DNA of 64,000 nucleotides from Callorhinchus milii. Taxonomy: Eukaryota. The position numbers were made by a program, and so were the translations under genes. The number at the start of each line of letters is the position of its first letter. Positions within the stretch are counted from its first letter, which is position 1. The notes under the pieces are model-generated. The model made no database searches, had not been told where the DNA came from, and saw only the letters and a list, made by a program, of their open reading frames with translations. Location: contig NW_024704742.1 in NCBI RefSeq assembly GCF_018977255.1, positions 75,890,001 to 75,954,000 on the forward strand, written 5' to 3'. Of this stretch, positions 27,381 to 39,931 are shown one piece after another.

Positions 27381-28658
27381 GCGGAGTAAGGAGTCAGATT
27401 TTGCCCTGCCGGGAATCAAACCCAGGTTGTGAGGCGAGTGCTCTAGCCACTGAGCTACAGGACTCCTCCATTGACCTGTCTTACTAGGAAATTTACTTTG
27501 AAAGGGCTTTTATGCTTTACAGTAAAGTAGTGATGGAGAATGTGTAAAACCTATTATTAAACTTATTTAGTTCTTTCTTCCCTCTCACGCTAACTTTTCT
27601 CCACTGTTTTTTCTCCATTCCTCCCTCTCCTTTAGGAGTTTAACGTTCCTTTCCCTCCACTAGGTTCAGCTCCATGGTCGTCAATACAAAGTCATTGTTT
27701 ATGTGTGGCCCTTGACAGTAAGCTTTGGCAGGATATACAACTGTAGGGAACATCACAGCCAAGATTTTGTCTTCAGCCAATATCTATACATGAGGGACCT
27801 TCAGCTGAGGTCCCTGGATAACAATCAGGAGCTGAAACACAGTTGGATTTCCTCCTAGTTCTGCCTTGGGTAAGATGAGTTAACTCCACATATACCAAGT
27901 GTTTAACCTAGGACCTGCATAGCTCAGCTTATTACTGTACAATCTAACTCAGGTATTGTGGCAGCTTTATATTTTGTTTTTTTTAAATTTGTTAAACAGC
28001 TATAGTAGGGAAATATTCCATTTGGAAAATTCTTAAATTTGGCCTTAATTTTTAAAGTTTAGAATGTGCAGAAAGCTAACTTCAAAGTTCAGACGGTATT
28101 TGACAATTGGTACATTTTGTATACTCTGAAATGCTCAGAAAGTAACATAAGTCTACAGACAAAGACAGAATTTCTCCCCTGACCTTATTCACATAGTTGA
28201 AAGAGAACAGAATAACTAAAGAGTTAAGAAAAGGGATTATACATTTAACACCATTAAAAGTGTTTGGGTGACACTGTACTATATTTCACATGTCCTTTTA
28301 GATTTACGTGTTTTAAACAATCACATCACCATTAATCTTTTCTTTGGGAACACAGTTGATCTATCTTTCCCACACACTGAAAATCCTGTCTATGATTCAT
28401 GGAATCTTCGACTTAATTTGGTAATCACATTTCAGCAGAATTAGAGTCAGAATTTAAAATGACAAAGTGAATCAGTGTATTCACAGCTTTTCAGAATATA
28501 TTTTGCATGTCTGAATTGAAATATGTTTGTGTTATGAACTTTTACTTTTTGTTATTTTTACAATTTGTTATTTTGTTATTTACTAAAGTAGTTTATTATT
28601 ATTGCGGGTAATATTTACAACACTTGCTGAAGCTCTCCGAGATGTTATCCTGCACAAG

Positions 28659-28753
28659 GGGAGCTCTAAAATACAAACTGTTCTTGTTGAAGTGTGACAG
28701 TCCTATGTGCAATGTCCAGCATACATTTTTAATAAAAGTTTCAAATGATAAAA
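28659..28753 (+). pseudogene. GC exon 10-like remnant
   Basis: With frameshifts, GALKYKL-FVEV*Q-LCA versus GPLLKKELSSFIDKGQELCA. CTATGTGCA at 28703-28711. 95 bp, donor AAA|gtattc. Confidence 0.55.
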
Positions 28754-31396
28754 GTATTCTATTTAATGATATTTTCAATAAATGATAAACAACCTTTGCA
28801 TCTCATTTAGCACATAAAACATCAAAATGTCTCAAATAACTTCAGAGGTATTGCTGTTAAGTGTAGCAAGTGTGAATTTACAGGAAAATGGAGCAGCCGC
28901 ATTTGCGGACAGCAAAGTTTCATAAACAACTATGATGTAAATGATTAATTTTTATCTGGGAGATTGATAGCCAGGACAACGGAAGAAACTCCCTTCTCTT
29001 TTCAGATAGTGTCATGGGATCTTTTATAAATGTCGCCACAGTGTAAATTTGACTAAGGAGAGTTACAAAGCAAGCAGGGAAATTATTGATTGCCAGTTCG
29101 GAGTCAGCACAGACACGATGGGCCAAATGCCCATCTTCGTTGCTGAAAATTTAAATTGTTCATGGTGTCAGATGGGTTAGAGGCTCAAATTTATCTGCCC
29201 ACGTTTTGTGAATATCACAATTCAGATCACAATAACCCTACTTAATTGTTTAGACTGTACAAGAATCTAAATTTAAATATCTTATTTCACAAGTGATCTA
29301 ACTTACAGTGATCACTTTTTTAGCATCTTCGAAAGTAGGGAGAACCGCTTTGGTTGGCCATTGCTCTAGGCTGATGCTCTTATACAATAGTGGTGCTGTC
29401 ATTCCAATGCAAAGGTCAATCAAGATACATATTAAAGATCCCAATCAATATAAGTATCAATGGCAAGCTATGCAGTTTAGCTGATTAGACTTCAGCAGTA
29501 CCCCAACACATGCTCTGGGGTTCCCAAGCCTGGGTCTTGCCAACCGGCAGCTAATTCTTTCTGGAATTAGTTAAGCAGGAACCATCCCTCCAGGGAGAGA
29601 GTGCACATTCCATTCCAACAATCTATCTCTGGGATTTCCATATGAAGGTGGGATGCATGGAAATCTCAGCTTGGTTTGGATACTCTAAATGGGTTTCCGC
29701 ACATGTCACAGACCAGGCTGTCAAAAAAAATATCAATTTATATTTATCGGACATTCCAATGCATGTAACAATCCTGGGGTGGGAGTTGAGCTGGGGTTGA
29801 GAGCCAGGGTTGGGGAAAGGAAAGATAACCAAAGCAGAGTTAAAGAGGTAGGTCTTGAGACGGAATTTGAAAGAAATGAGGGAGGGAGCGAGTCAAGGAA
29901 TTCAGGGATGGATGGATGAAAGTGGGGCTGAAAGCCTGACTGCCAATGGTGAAGACAGGTGCCTGTAGAATTGGTACGGTTTGAGGAGGTTGTGGAGGTC
30001 GAATGGGACAAGACCATGGAGAGATTTGAAGGTGAAATTAATGACCTTGAGTTTGATCCATTGGGGATTGGAGAGCCAATGTGGCCGGGTGAGGATAATG
30101 ATAATAATAATCCTTGCATTTGATATAGTGCCTTATTACGTTGTCGAGATGTCTCAAAGGGCTTCACAGGATACACCGTAAAGTGGAGTGACTGTGTTTT
30201 GTGGGCGAAAAGGTTGGGGGTGATAGGCTCGCAGAGCATAATATGGAGAAGGACACAAACTGCAGAGTTCTAAGAGAGAAGAGAGTTTATTCTGTTGTCC
30301 TGGCCAAATGCCAGATAAATTGTTCATGGCTTTTTGTAGGACATGGTTGTGTGCAAATTGGCTGTTGCATTTGCTTACACTTTTACATTGAAGCTCTTTG
30401 AGATGTTTCAATGTCATAGGAGCTGTATCAGATACAAAGCTTATTATTACAAGTGTACAGGTATTTAAATCCTGTACCAGGGTAGGTGCTTCTATATAAT
30501 CGAGTTATGAGTCCTGTACCTTAGTGGTTAGAGCACTTGCCTCACAAGCGAGAGACCCGCGTTCGATTCCCGACAGGGTGAAACTTGGGCAAGTTTCCTT
30601 ACTCCATATGCTTCTGTTTACATAGCAGTGAATAGGAACACGATTGTTAGTCGATTGGCAGATCGCTTTTCTGGGGTTCATAATTCCTTAAAAAAAAATT
30701 GGTCACTCAATCCACGACTGTTTATGGGATGCTGCTGCGTGCAATTGGCTGCCGCGTTCCGTCCACAAAATATACAGTCACTTCACTTCACAGTATATTC
30801 TGTGACGTGCTTTGAGACATCTCAAAGATGTGATAAGATGCTATATCAAATGCAAGGATGATTCCTCTGTGGAAATCTGTTTTTAATATTTATGGATGTG
30901 GAATAAAAGTGCCCCCTTTGAGTTCAGTCCCCACCAGTGAAAATTCCTTAAAAATACTCTGGAGCGAGAAAAAGGTAAGTGTGAGAGAAAAGGAAAATGT
31001 GTGAATGTAAGAGAGAGAGAGATGCACACAGGAAGAGACAACAAGAGAGAGAGTGCAATTTCACAAAGGGTCAAGTGATTAGTTGGCTGATCTTGAATTG
31101 GGTGTTGACTTGTGAACTACATGATAACATGATATGACCAAACTCCTGAGATAGTTGGCCCTGCATTCAGCTGCATTGCACTCTCTATGTCAGAGACATA
31201 CTTTCTCACAAATCCCTGCCAATGAAAGGGATTTCACAGAGCTAAACGGAGCCTTTTGGCAAACTTTTACTACAGCTCTCTTTATTATCAAAGGGAGGGA
31301 TCAAACCTTTATTTTTTAAAAAAATACTATTTTTCTTCTGAATGGATTTTAAAGGTTTAATGCAATCTTGTGGTTCCATAAATTATCAGGTTTCAG

Positions 31397-31490
31397 CAAG
31401 TTTGCAAAAGGAATGAAAAGGTCACCACACAAATCACACAGCGGGAGGTCTCCAAACTGCTACCCTGCTGCTTCGTCTTAATGTGAAAAC
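31397..31490 (+). pseudogene. GC exon 11-like remnant with internal deletion
   Basis: FAKGMK versus LAERLK; TQREVSKLL-PCC versus TPTELAKLV...NCC; TAA TGT GAA versus YCD. Donor AAC|gtaatt. Confidence 0.45.
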
Positions 31491-32779
31491 GTAATTTGTC
31501 TCAACAGAATATAATGGCATTTGCCATTAAAAATGTAATGATGATGGTCAGCAAATTCTTCAGAATACTTATCCTATAAGCAAATCAACCGTGCGATTAT
31601 TTATTTCATCCAATATTTGAGCTTTTCATAAATCACGTCAGAGGCAGGGAGTAATTACGGCAAAGTGCACATTGTTGGCTTTTTGATCATTTCTTTAAGC
31701 TGAAGTTCACGGCAGATTTGGTGGAATTTACAAAGAAAGTACTCCTATTTTTGGATTGGAGAATTGTCTCACAGTGCTTTACAGTAATTATTGGCAAGTG
31801 TAGTAACTGTTTGTGTAGGAAAACATGGCAGCCAAATTGCACATTGCAGCATCCCACAAAACAGCTTTGATGGGATTGACCAGATCATCTGGGGAATGGG
31901 GGGATGGGGTGGAGGGGAGTTGTTGGACAGGACACCGGGAGGAACTCACTCTTCTTTCCAATGGTATCATCTTTAATATCCACCTGAAAGAGAGGGAGGC
32001 AATGCAAATACAAGGATTATCATTATTATAAGGCTTCAATTTAAAGTTTCATTTGCAGAATGGTACTTCTTTTTCTTTTTGTACGTTGCCTTAACTCTTC
32101 ACCTATTCTTTGTGGGATCAAAACTTTCAGTCTTCCTAAAAGGCATTAAGTTCCTCAATTGTTGCAAGTAATTTTGACCCCAGGGAGACCCACACAGTAA
32201 TAATAATAATCCTTGCATTTGATATAGCGCCTTATTACATCTTCAAGACGTCTCAAAGCACTTCACAGAATATACTGTAGAGTGAATTAACTGTATTGGA
32301 CTGGACAGTATTTTTTGATAATTTTGTAGTGGCTTCTGGATCAGTTAAAAGGGAATTGTCCTGAACTGTTTGTCACATAAAGGGATAAGATGGGGGAGAA
32401 ATTCCACTTGGGTCCAGATTTACTTGTTTTATTTAGAATTGCGGAACATCCAGAATTTGGCATATACTTAATTTTTGAAGATGATTTTTTGTAAGGTTCT
32501 TTTAAGAACTTCTGAAAAATCACTACAAAGTAAAGACCGAATTTAACTGTTTGCCAAATTCTGGACCCTCTGAAATGCTACGTGATTAGAGCAAGCCTAG
32601 TACCAGGATGGATGGATTACCCCTGCGCTTATCAGCTAATTATCAACGCTGACAATATTCACATCACACAAAATAATTTTTCCCCTATACATATCAATAT
32701 TGGTGTCTCTAGGTACTCATTTAAATGCTTCATGTGGACCCCACTCTTCATTGGTATCATGAGTGGGGAGAAACATTTA

Positions 32780-34860
32780 CAGTGAAGATGCAACATTCTT
32801 CTCCAGAGCACCCTCTCCACCACACTCGACGTCCTTGCCCTCCTCACCTCCCGAACTGCCTCCTATTCCTGATCCACACCCTGATTCACCAGCCACCTCC
32901 ACTCGCTAAGGGCCGGGTGCGGGCTGCCGAACGCACTCGCCTCAAATCCGGCCTAACAGTCCACCGCAACATCTGGTTGGACCTCATCAAGAACTACCGC
33001 TCTGCTCTCACCTCAGCCAAATCATCCTTCTATTCCAGGTTAATCCTGGAGGTGAAGGGCAACCCCTGGCTCCTGTTCTCCACCACCAACTGGCTCCTCC
33101 ACCCTCCGCAATACGCCTCACAGGTACTTTCCTCTGACTCCCACTGCGAGAAAATGCTGGACTTCCTCAAGTCCAAAATCGAGGGAATCCGCTCAGCTGC
33201 CACTGCTCTCCCAACTTCCAACCCCTACCTACTCCCACCCCACACAATTACCCATCCGACAATTACCCATCTCTCCTTCCACACCTTTGAACCTGTCACC
33301 CCCTCCTCTGTCTTCAACATGAAGCCCATCAACTGCTCCCTCGACCCTATACCTACACCCTCTCCTTAAATCCCAGCTCCACCTCGTTGCCCCACTACTC
33401 GCTGACATCATTAACCTCTCCCTGTCATCTGGCACTGTTCCTACCCCCCTCAAAACAGCTACTATCATCCCCATCTTGAAGAAACCTTCCCTCGACCCAT
33501 CACAGCTGTCCAGCTACCGGCCCATCTCAAATCTCCCCTTCCTATCCAAAGTCCTTGAGAGAGTCGTTGCCTCCAAGCTTCGTATCTTTCCTCTCCTCCA
33601 CTCCCTCCATGAGCCCCTCCATGCTGCCCACAGCACGGAAACTGCTCTTGTCAAGGTCACAAACAACATCCTGACCATGTGCGACCAGGGCTCCCTCTGC
33701 CTCCACATCCTCTCTGACCTCTCCGCCGCCTTTGACACCGTGGATGACTCAATCCTCCTCCACCGCCTCTCCTCCCACCTCAACCTTCAAGGTTCTGTCC
33801 TTGACTGGTTCAAGTCCTATCCTTCTCACTGCCTCCACTTCATTGCGGCAAACGGCTTTTCCTCCAGCCCCCGCACTGTCTCGTGCGGTGTTCCTCAGGA
33901 CACCATCCTCGGTTCCCTTCTGCTACATACTCCCCCTTGGTGACATCATCTGCAGACATGGGGTAAATTTCCACATGTATGCAGATGACAACAACTCTAT
34001 CTCTCTGCCTCTATCCTGAACTCCAGGACTACTGGGGTCCTGACCGACTGCCTGTCCGACATCAAGTCCTGGTCGGGGGACAACTTTCTCCAACTCAATG
34101 TCAGCTCAACCTCACTAATCCAGTCAGGAACCTGGGTGTCTTGTTTGACCCCGAACTGTCCTTTCTCCCCCACATCCCCGCCATGAACGGCACTGCCTAC
34201 CACCACCTCCGCAATATTGCCAGACTCCACCACTGCCTCACCCCTCAGGCTGCCGAAACCCTCACCCACGCATTCGTCACATCAAGGCTTGGTTAAGGGA
34301 ACTCCCTCCTCAACGGCCTTCCCAACTTTTCCCTTCACAAACTGCAGATCATCCAAAACTCTGTAGGTCGTGTACTCTCATGCACCAGGCTCCGTGACCC
34401 CATCACGCCCACCCTCGTCTGACTCCACTGGCTCCCCATCCCCCAGAGGATCGAGTTAACGATCTTCATCCTCACCTTTAAGGCCTTCCATGGCCTTGCC
34501 CCCTCCTACCTTTTGACCTGCTGACTCCCTACCAACCTGCCTGCTCCCTCCGTTCATGGGCTCCAGCCTGCTCCATGTCTCCCGCCCAACCATCGGTGGC
34601 CGAGCTTTCAACCTCTCTGCCCCCACGCTCTGGAACTCCATCTCATGGTCCCTTCGCATCGCTTCCTCTCTTGCCTTCTTCAATGCTGGTCCACCTTTCT
34701 CTTCAACTGTGCCTTTGGTCTCCCACCCACCTCTCTGCTGTCCCTCACCCCTACCCCCCCCACCATGCTCGGGCCCCGACACCTGACTATTCAGCACTTT
34801 GGGACGTCTTCCCAATGTGAAAGGTGCTCTATAAGTGTCATTTTATTGTTATTGTTGTCT
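32780..34860 (+). mobile_element. 5'-truncated L2 (LINE2) element, frameshifted RT plus 3' tail
   Basis: SYRPISNLPFLSKVLERVV, HSTETALVKVTN, DLSAAFDTVD, GVPQ, MYADD, VRNLGVLFDPELSF, LHWLPIPQR. Ends ...gtgaaaggtgctctataag...ttgttattgttg. Confidence 0.95.
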
Positions 34861-35315
34861 TAGTGACGGAAAGAGATGTATGGGTGAGAAGAAAGAGTCA
34901 CTTTTAGGAATCAGCTTCACACCAAAACATATATAGACACATCTTTGCACCTTTTGCTATTGCTTTTTATTGCATTGCATGGTTTGAAAAATTAAATTAA
35001 TGAATTTATCAATTGGATTCATATAATTAGTTGCAGCATCTCCGGGTATAATATTTAAGTAGAGAGAACCAGGAGTGATGGGGACACAGGAATACTGCAG
35101 TCCAATAACAATAATACTACTACTAATAATGCTTTGTTATAGCGCCACAAAATAAACTGTCAATTCATTTTACAGTATATCCTGTGAAATGCTTTGAGAC
35201 GTCTCAAAGACATGATGGCACTATATCAAATACAAGGATTACTATTATTATTTCAGCAGTTGAATGGGGTAGAATGGAAGGGGAAAGGAGGAAGGGGGTT
35301 GTGTCCCATTTCAAG

Positions 35316-35509
35316 ATTACTGTATTCGGGAAAATCTTTAAACTGCCTGCAGAGTACATGGATTTTCATGCTCCTTCATCAGATAGTGGTCTATTTGGAC
35401 ACTGATGATAATTATTACATCGCATAGTAGATTTCTTACCCCACCACGAAGGTCTTGGTTATGGCAAATGTGATGATATCCAATGAATCGGCCTTCTCAG
35501 TTGTCTAAT
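35316..35509 (+). pseudogene. Albumin exon 12-like remnant
   Basis: cccatttcaag| ITVFGKIFKL versus LSVVLNQLCVL; LDTDDNYY (35395-35418) versus LEVDETYV. Donor AAT|gtaaaa. Confidence 0.35.
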
Positions 35510-35810
35510 GTAAAACTGTGACCTTCTCAAGAACAGAGCTAGTTGGTTTGGATCCAGTGCTGGAAAGATATTTGATTGCCCTGCATCAGTCCTTGAGGAT
35601 GTCTGAGTATCACACAGATTGAAGCTGATCTCAGACTTAAATCTCTAACAAGCTGTTTACCACATATTTCCCAGAAGAAGTTAGCACAGAAAAACACCTG
35701 CTTGTCCTTTTAGCCCCCACTATCAGCTCACCTGCCACAATACTAGTTCCAGCTCATGTTGAAGTGTAACATTTATGAAAATCCAAGGTGTGAGCTGAAG
35801 TTTGAAAGTT

Positions 35811-36137
35811 ATAATAATAATAATAATAATAATCCTTGCATTTGATATAGCGCTTTTCACGTTGGGAGGACGTCCCAAAGCGCTTCACAGAACACACTGT
35901 AAAGTGAATTGACTGTATATTTGTGGGCGAACGCGGCAGCCAATTGCGCACAGCAATGTCCCACAAACAGTCGTAGATTGAAAATGACCAATTTATTATT
36001 GTTTTTGGTTTTTGGAAGGATTATTATTAGGCGTGTGGAGTAAGGAAACTTGCCCAAGGTTTCGCCCTGCCTGGAATTGAACTCAGGTCTCTCGCTTGCA
36101 AAGCGAGTGCTCTAACCACTGAGCTACAGGACTCCAC
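35811..36137 (-). mobile_element. Full-length young tRNA-derived SINE
   Basis: Same family as 3646-3972, with only a handful of differences. Confidence 0.92.
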
Positions 36138-36599
36138 AGGTTGGTTGGGATGTGGTACTGTGCAGCACTAAACATGAACCATTTGTTCTCAATTCAGGTG
36201 AAGTCTGGATAATTTACCTGTTAGATAATAATAATAATGATCCTTTGTAATTTTTGTATAGCATCTTTTAAATCTTGCTCCTTATATACTTCAATGACCT
36301 GGATTTGCATACTCTGATTCGAATAATGGCAGCAAAGTAAATTTGCAGGAGAGACCAATATTTAATTTCTCAAGTTCATATTGCCTAACCAAAATGATGA
36401 ACCTGGATCCATGTGCAAATTGAGCTGATGAAAGTCCCAAGAATAGAATGTACAAATTGTAAATTATCTTCAGTGGGTCATTTGCCAAACTCTCATATTT
36501 AAAGAAAATCTTATTTTGAATAAAGTATATGTATTTTTTGGTCAGCCGGGTATCTGTTACCTGCGGAAACCCATCAAGTTTAAGAAAATCCAAACCAAG

Positions 36600-36865
36600 A
36601 TGAGAATTCTGTGCATCCCACCTACACGTGGAAGTCACAGAGATAGATGGAATGTGCACTCTCTCCCTGGACAGACACCCCTTGCTTACCTAATTCCAGA
36701 GAGTATTCGGTGCACATTGGCAAGAGCCAAGGCTTTGGGACATCAGAGTATGCATTGGGGTACTGCTGGATTTGAACCAGCTAAAACCATAGTTTGCCAT
36801 TGATATTGCTGTCTGGCAAGCTTTCTCGCTGCTTATCCAACTAGGACCACCCTACCCGTTAGAGC
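36600..36865 (+). repeat. Unclassified old interspersed repeat
   Basis: ttggggtact..cagctaaaa..ttgccattg..tctggcaa..ctaggaccac shared with 56200-56465(+), 29430-29680(-) and 15685-15870(-). Confidence 0.7.
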
Positions 36866-36936
36866 TTTGATTTGTAGTGTTAAGAGGATCTGAGTGGGAT
36901 GACTCCCTGCCCCCAATGACTGGTCTGCCCTTCCAG

Positions 36937-37067
36937 GTCCTGCCGATGAGCCAGGCTGGCTGTGCTGTCATCAGCAGTGCCCTGGAATTCTGCAGACTTG
37001 CCTGGCTCAGGAACCAGACTGCTGAGGCCATGACAGGCCTGGCTCGATTCCGACATTCTGTTGCCAG
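36937..37067 (+). pseudogene. Albuminoid exon remnant (albumin exon 13-like, or an alternative candidate for exon 11)
   Basis: Good splice sites (ctgcccttccag| ... CAG|gtattt), 131 bp versus about 133 bp for this albuminoid exon class. Contains DC*(TGC TGA) and FCC motifs. Confidence 0.35.
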
Positions 37068-39735
37068 GTATTTCACCTTGGAAGCCAGTTCAGCTCAAAG
37101 GAGACATCACTTATTTGAATAAAAGAACAAGTTTCACCTGACAAGTATAAATTTTTGATCCGACAGAACTGTGCAAGTTGTTGTTGTTGGAATGCCTGTG
37201 TAAGTAGAGAGTGGAGGAGGTTAGCTTTCTAAATGTAGTTTTATTGTCAAGAGAGCATTAAAGGTCACTGATGGTATCCAAAAGGAATGAACTGGAATCA
37301 AGTTAAGATAAGAAATTGTGCACAAGTGATAGCATTAAGATACCATAATCATATAAAGTCATGCATCTTTATGGTGCAATGTCTTGAGTGAGTCCAATAG
37401 CCATCAGTAATATCTGTGGAGGCTTTACAGTTAGGTTGTTCTTTTTATAATGTTTCTCCAAATTCTATCACATTAATATTTAATGGTGCAGTTGATCTAT
37501 CATTTAACCATTTATGGGAGATTATTATAATAATAATCAATCCCTTCATGCCCTGACATTGCCCTACCTCTCCAACCTGCTTACTTCCCAACCCGCTAGC
37601 CACTGCCTCCGCTTGACTGGTTCTACCCTCTCTCATATCCCTCGTGCCCTCCGTTCCACAATCGATGGCCGCGCTTTCAGCAACTACCTCCCGAAACTCT
37701 ACAACACACTTCCTCTATTTCTCTGCCTTGCCCCCTCCTTCCCTATCTTTAGGTTGTGCCTGAAGACCTTCCTCTTTGACCGTGTTTACGGTCAGCTCCC
37801 CCTCCCTCCTTGCTCGGCACCATGCTCCGCCACTGTCAAGCTCTCTGGGATGCTACCCTGTGTGAGGGCGCTATGTAAATGCACATTGTTGTTGTTCTTT
37901 ACCTCCAGCCTCACAACTGAACCCTTGAGGTTTAACTGCTGAACTGTGCAGATGAGCTAAGTCAGGGATGAATGCTTTACTATAAGGGACAAACCTAATA
38001 AATGGCAGAGAGTATGACTTCAGAAGGGGTCAGTTTTGTCTGACCAATTTCATACATTTTATTTTGAACAAATGACAGCCTGATTTGACTGTGGGAAGTC
38101 TTATGATGTTGTGTATCTAGACTTCCAAAAGGAATCTGCCAAAATACCACATGAAAGATTCCTTTACAAACTGATGTCACTGGGTAAGACATGGACATGG
38201 ATTAATAACTGGTCAGAAGTAAGGTAGGAAGCAGAGGATAGAGGAGATAGGTTGAAGTGGAGGAGAAATTGAATGAGATTCTTCAGGGGTCCACGCTGGA
38301 ATCTTCCTGCTCCTTGTACATATTACTGACATATATTTACAACAGCAACAAATTATGTTTATATAGTGCCTTTCACTTCAGAAGGACATCCCAAGCACTG
38401 GACAGTCAGGGATTTGGACCTGAGCAGGAGGTTGGGATCAGGAGGGGTGGAGGGCAGGGAGGGTAGGAGCAGGAGAGTGGCCAAAGGTGCGGTCAAAGAG
38501 GAGGATCTTGAGACATGCCTTCAAGGAGCCAAGGGAGATATCAAGGCAAAGGGTCTGTGGGATGGAGTTCCAAAAGGTGGGGGCAGAGAGGCTGAAGGCC
38601 CGACTGCCGATGGTGGGACGTGGGGCAGGATCATACAGAGTGATATGGCATTAGCAGGTCAGAGAGATAGGAAGGACCAAGGCTGTGGAGGGCTTTGAAG
38701 GTGAGGACGAGGATTTTGAACTCTATCTTCTGGGGATGGGGAGCCAATGGAGCCAGGCGAGGATGGGGCTGATAGGATCATGGGGCCTTATCGGGAGAGG
38801 ACACGAGCTGCAGAGTTCTGGAAGATCTGCAGATTGTGGAGGAAAGAGTTGGGAAGGTCGACAGGCATTGAATTGGCGTAGTCGAACCTAGATGTAATAA
38901 ATGCTTGGATTAGGGTTTTGGCGGCCTGAGGGGAAAGGCATTGGCAGAGCCGTGCAATGTTGTGGAGGCGGACTCAGTGGAAGCTGGTTAAATTTGCAGT
39001 TGACACCAAGTTGGTGGAACTGTGAAATCAGAGAAGGCAGCAAAGGTCTTACAAAGAGAGCTTGACAGAGTGTCGGCATTTCCTAATCACCAACAGGTGT
39101 AGTTCAATAAAAATAAATATAAGTACCATATATAGGAAGTAAAATAGAAGGCACGTGCACGGTGCCATGGTAGTAGCTGAAAGAGACATTGGGATTTTAG
39201 TTAACTCATGCGCAACATATCAAAACAGTCAGCAACAACAACAACTTCCATTTGTATAGCACCCTTCACGCAGTGCAGGATCTCAGAGTGCTTTACAGTG
39301 ATGCAGCCTGACGCTAAGTCGGGGGGAGGGAGGAGGTAACCATAAGCGCAGTTGAAGAGAAAGGTCAGCAATGAACAAGGTAAACATGATGCTGGGCTAT
39401 ATTGCCAGATCAGTTGAGCTTAGATCCCCAGTGAAGTCAAGCTTCTACAGTGCTCTGGTCAGGCCGCACATGGAGCGCTGTGCAGAGAATACTACGTATT
39501 CTAGAGGGATGCGATTAGATGTACTGTTGGGACCTTATTCATCCAAAGGAAAGGAAAGATTGTGTGAAAGAAAGGTCATGTCTGGCTAATATAATACAAT
39601 TTTTTGACAACATTACCGAGGTAGTGTTGTCAAGTAAAGGCGGACCAATGAATGTACAGTAGTTTGTATGGATTTTCAGATAATGGAGTGTCACATAAGA
39701 GATTGTTTGCGAAAAAGTAAGGTAAATGTAGGATA

Positions 39736-39931
39736 AAATTCCACCTGGGTCTAAATTTACTCCCAGAGTTTCTCAAATTCCTAAATACAATCTTTAAAGC
39801 TGTTTTTATGTAAGTTATTTTAAGAACAAGAGAATGCAGGTTCAAAGTTAAGACTGAACTCAATAATTTTCCAAATTGGTACATTCTGTAATGTTACATT
39901 AAATGAGTAAACATAGACCCAGATGGAATTT
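39736..39931. mobile_element. MITE-like element with about 27-bp terminal inverted repeats
   Basis: aaattccacctgggtcta ... tagacccagatggaattt (17/18 match, extending inward with tttactc/gagtaaa). Related copies at about 28010-28180, 32393-32580, 48572-48720 and 54270-54450. Confidence 0.7.

Larger units (their letters stand above)
16802..37067 (+). pseudogene. GC: Candidate unitary pseudogene of GC (vitamin D-binding protein) / albuminoid family, convergent with SLC4A4
   Basis: Ordered exon remnants with AG acceptors, often in the expected phase, resembling GC exons 2-11 plus two albumin-like exons. All but the exon 2 remnant carry stops or frameshifts. Position and orientation relative to SLC4A4 match the tetrapod SLC4A4-GC synteny. 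Visual alignment only. Confidence 0.65.
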
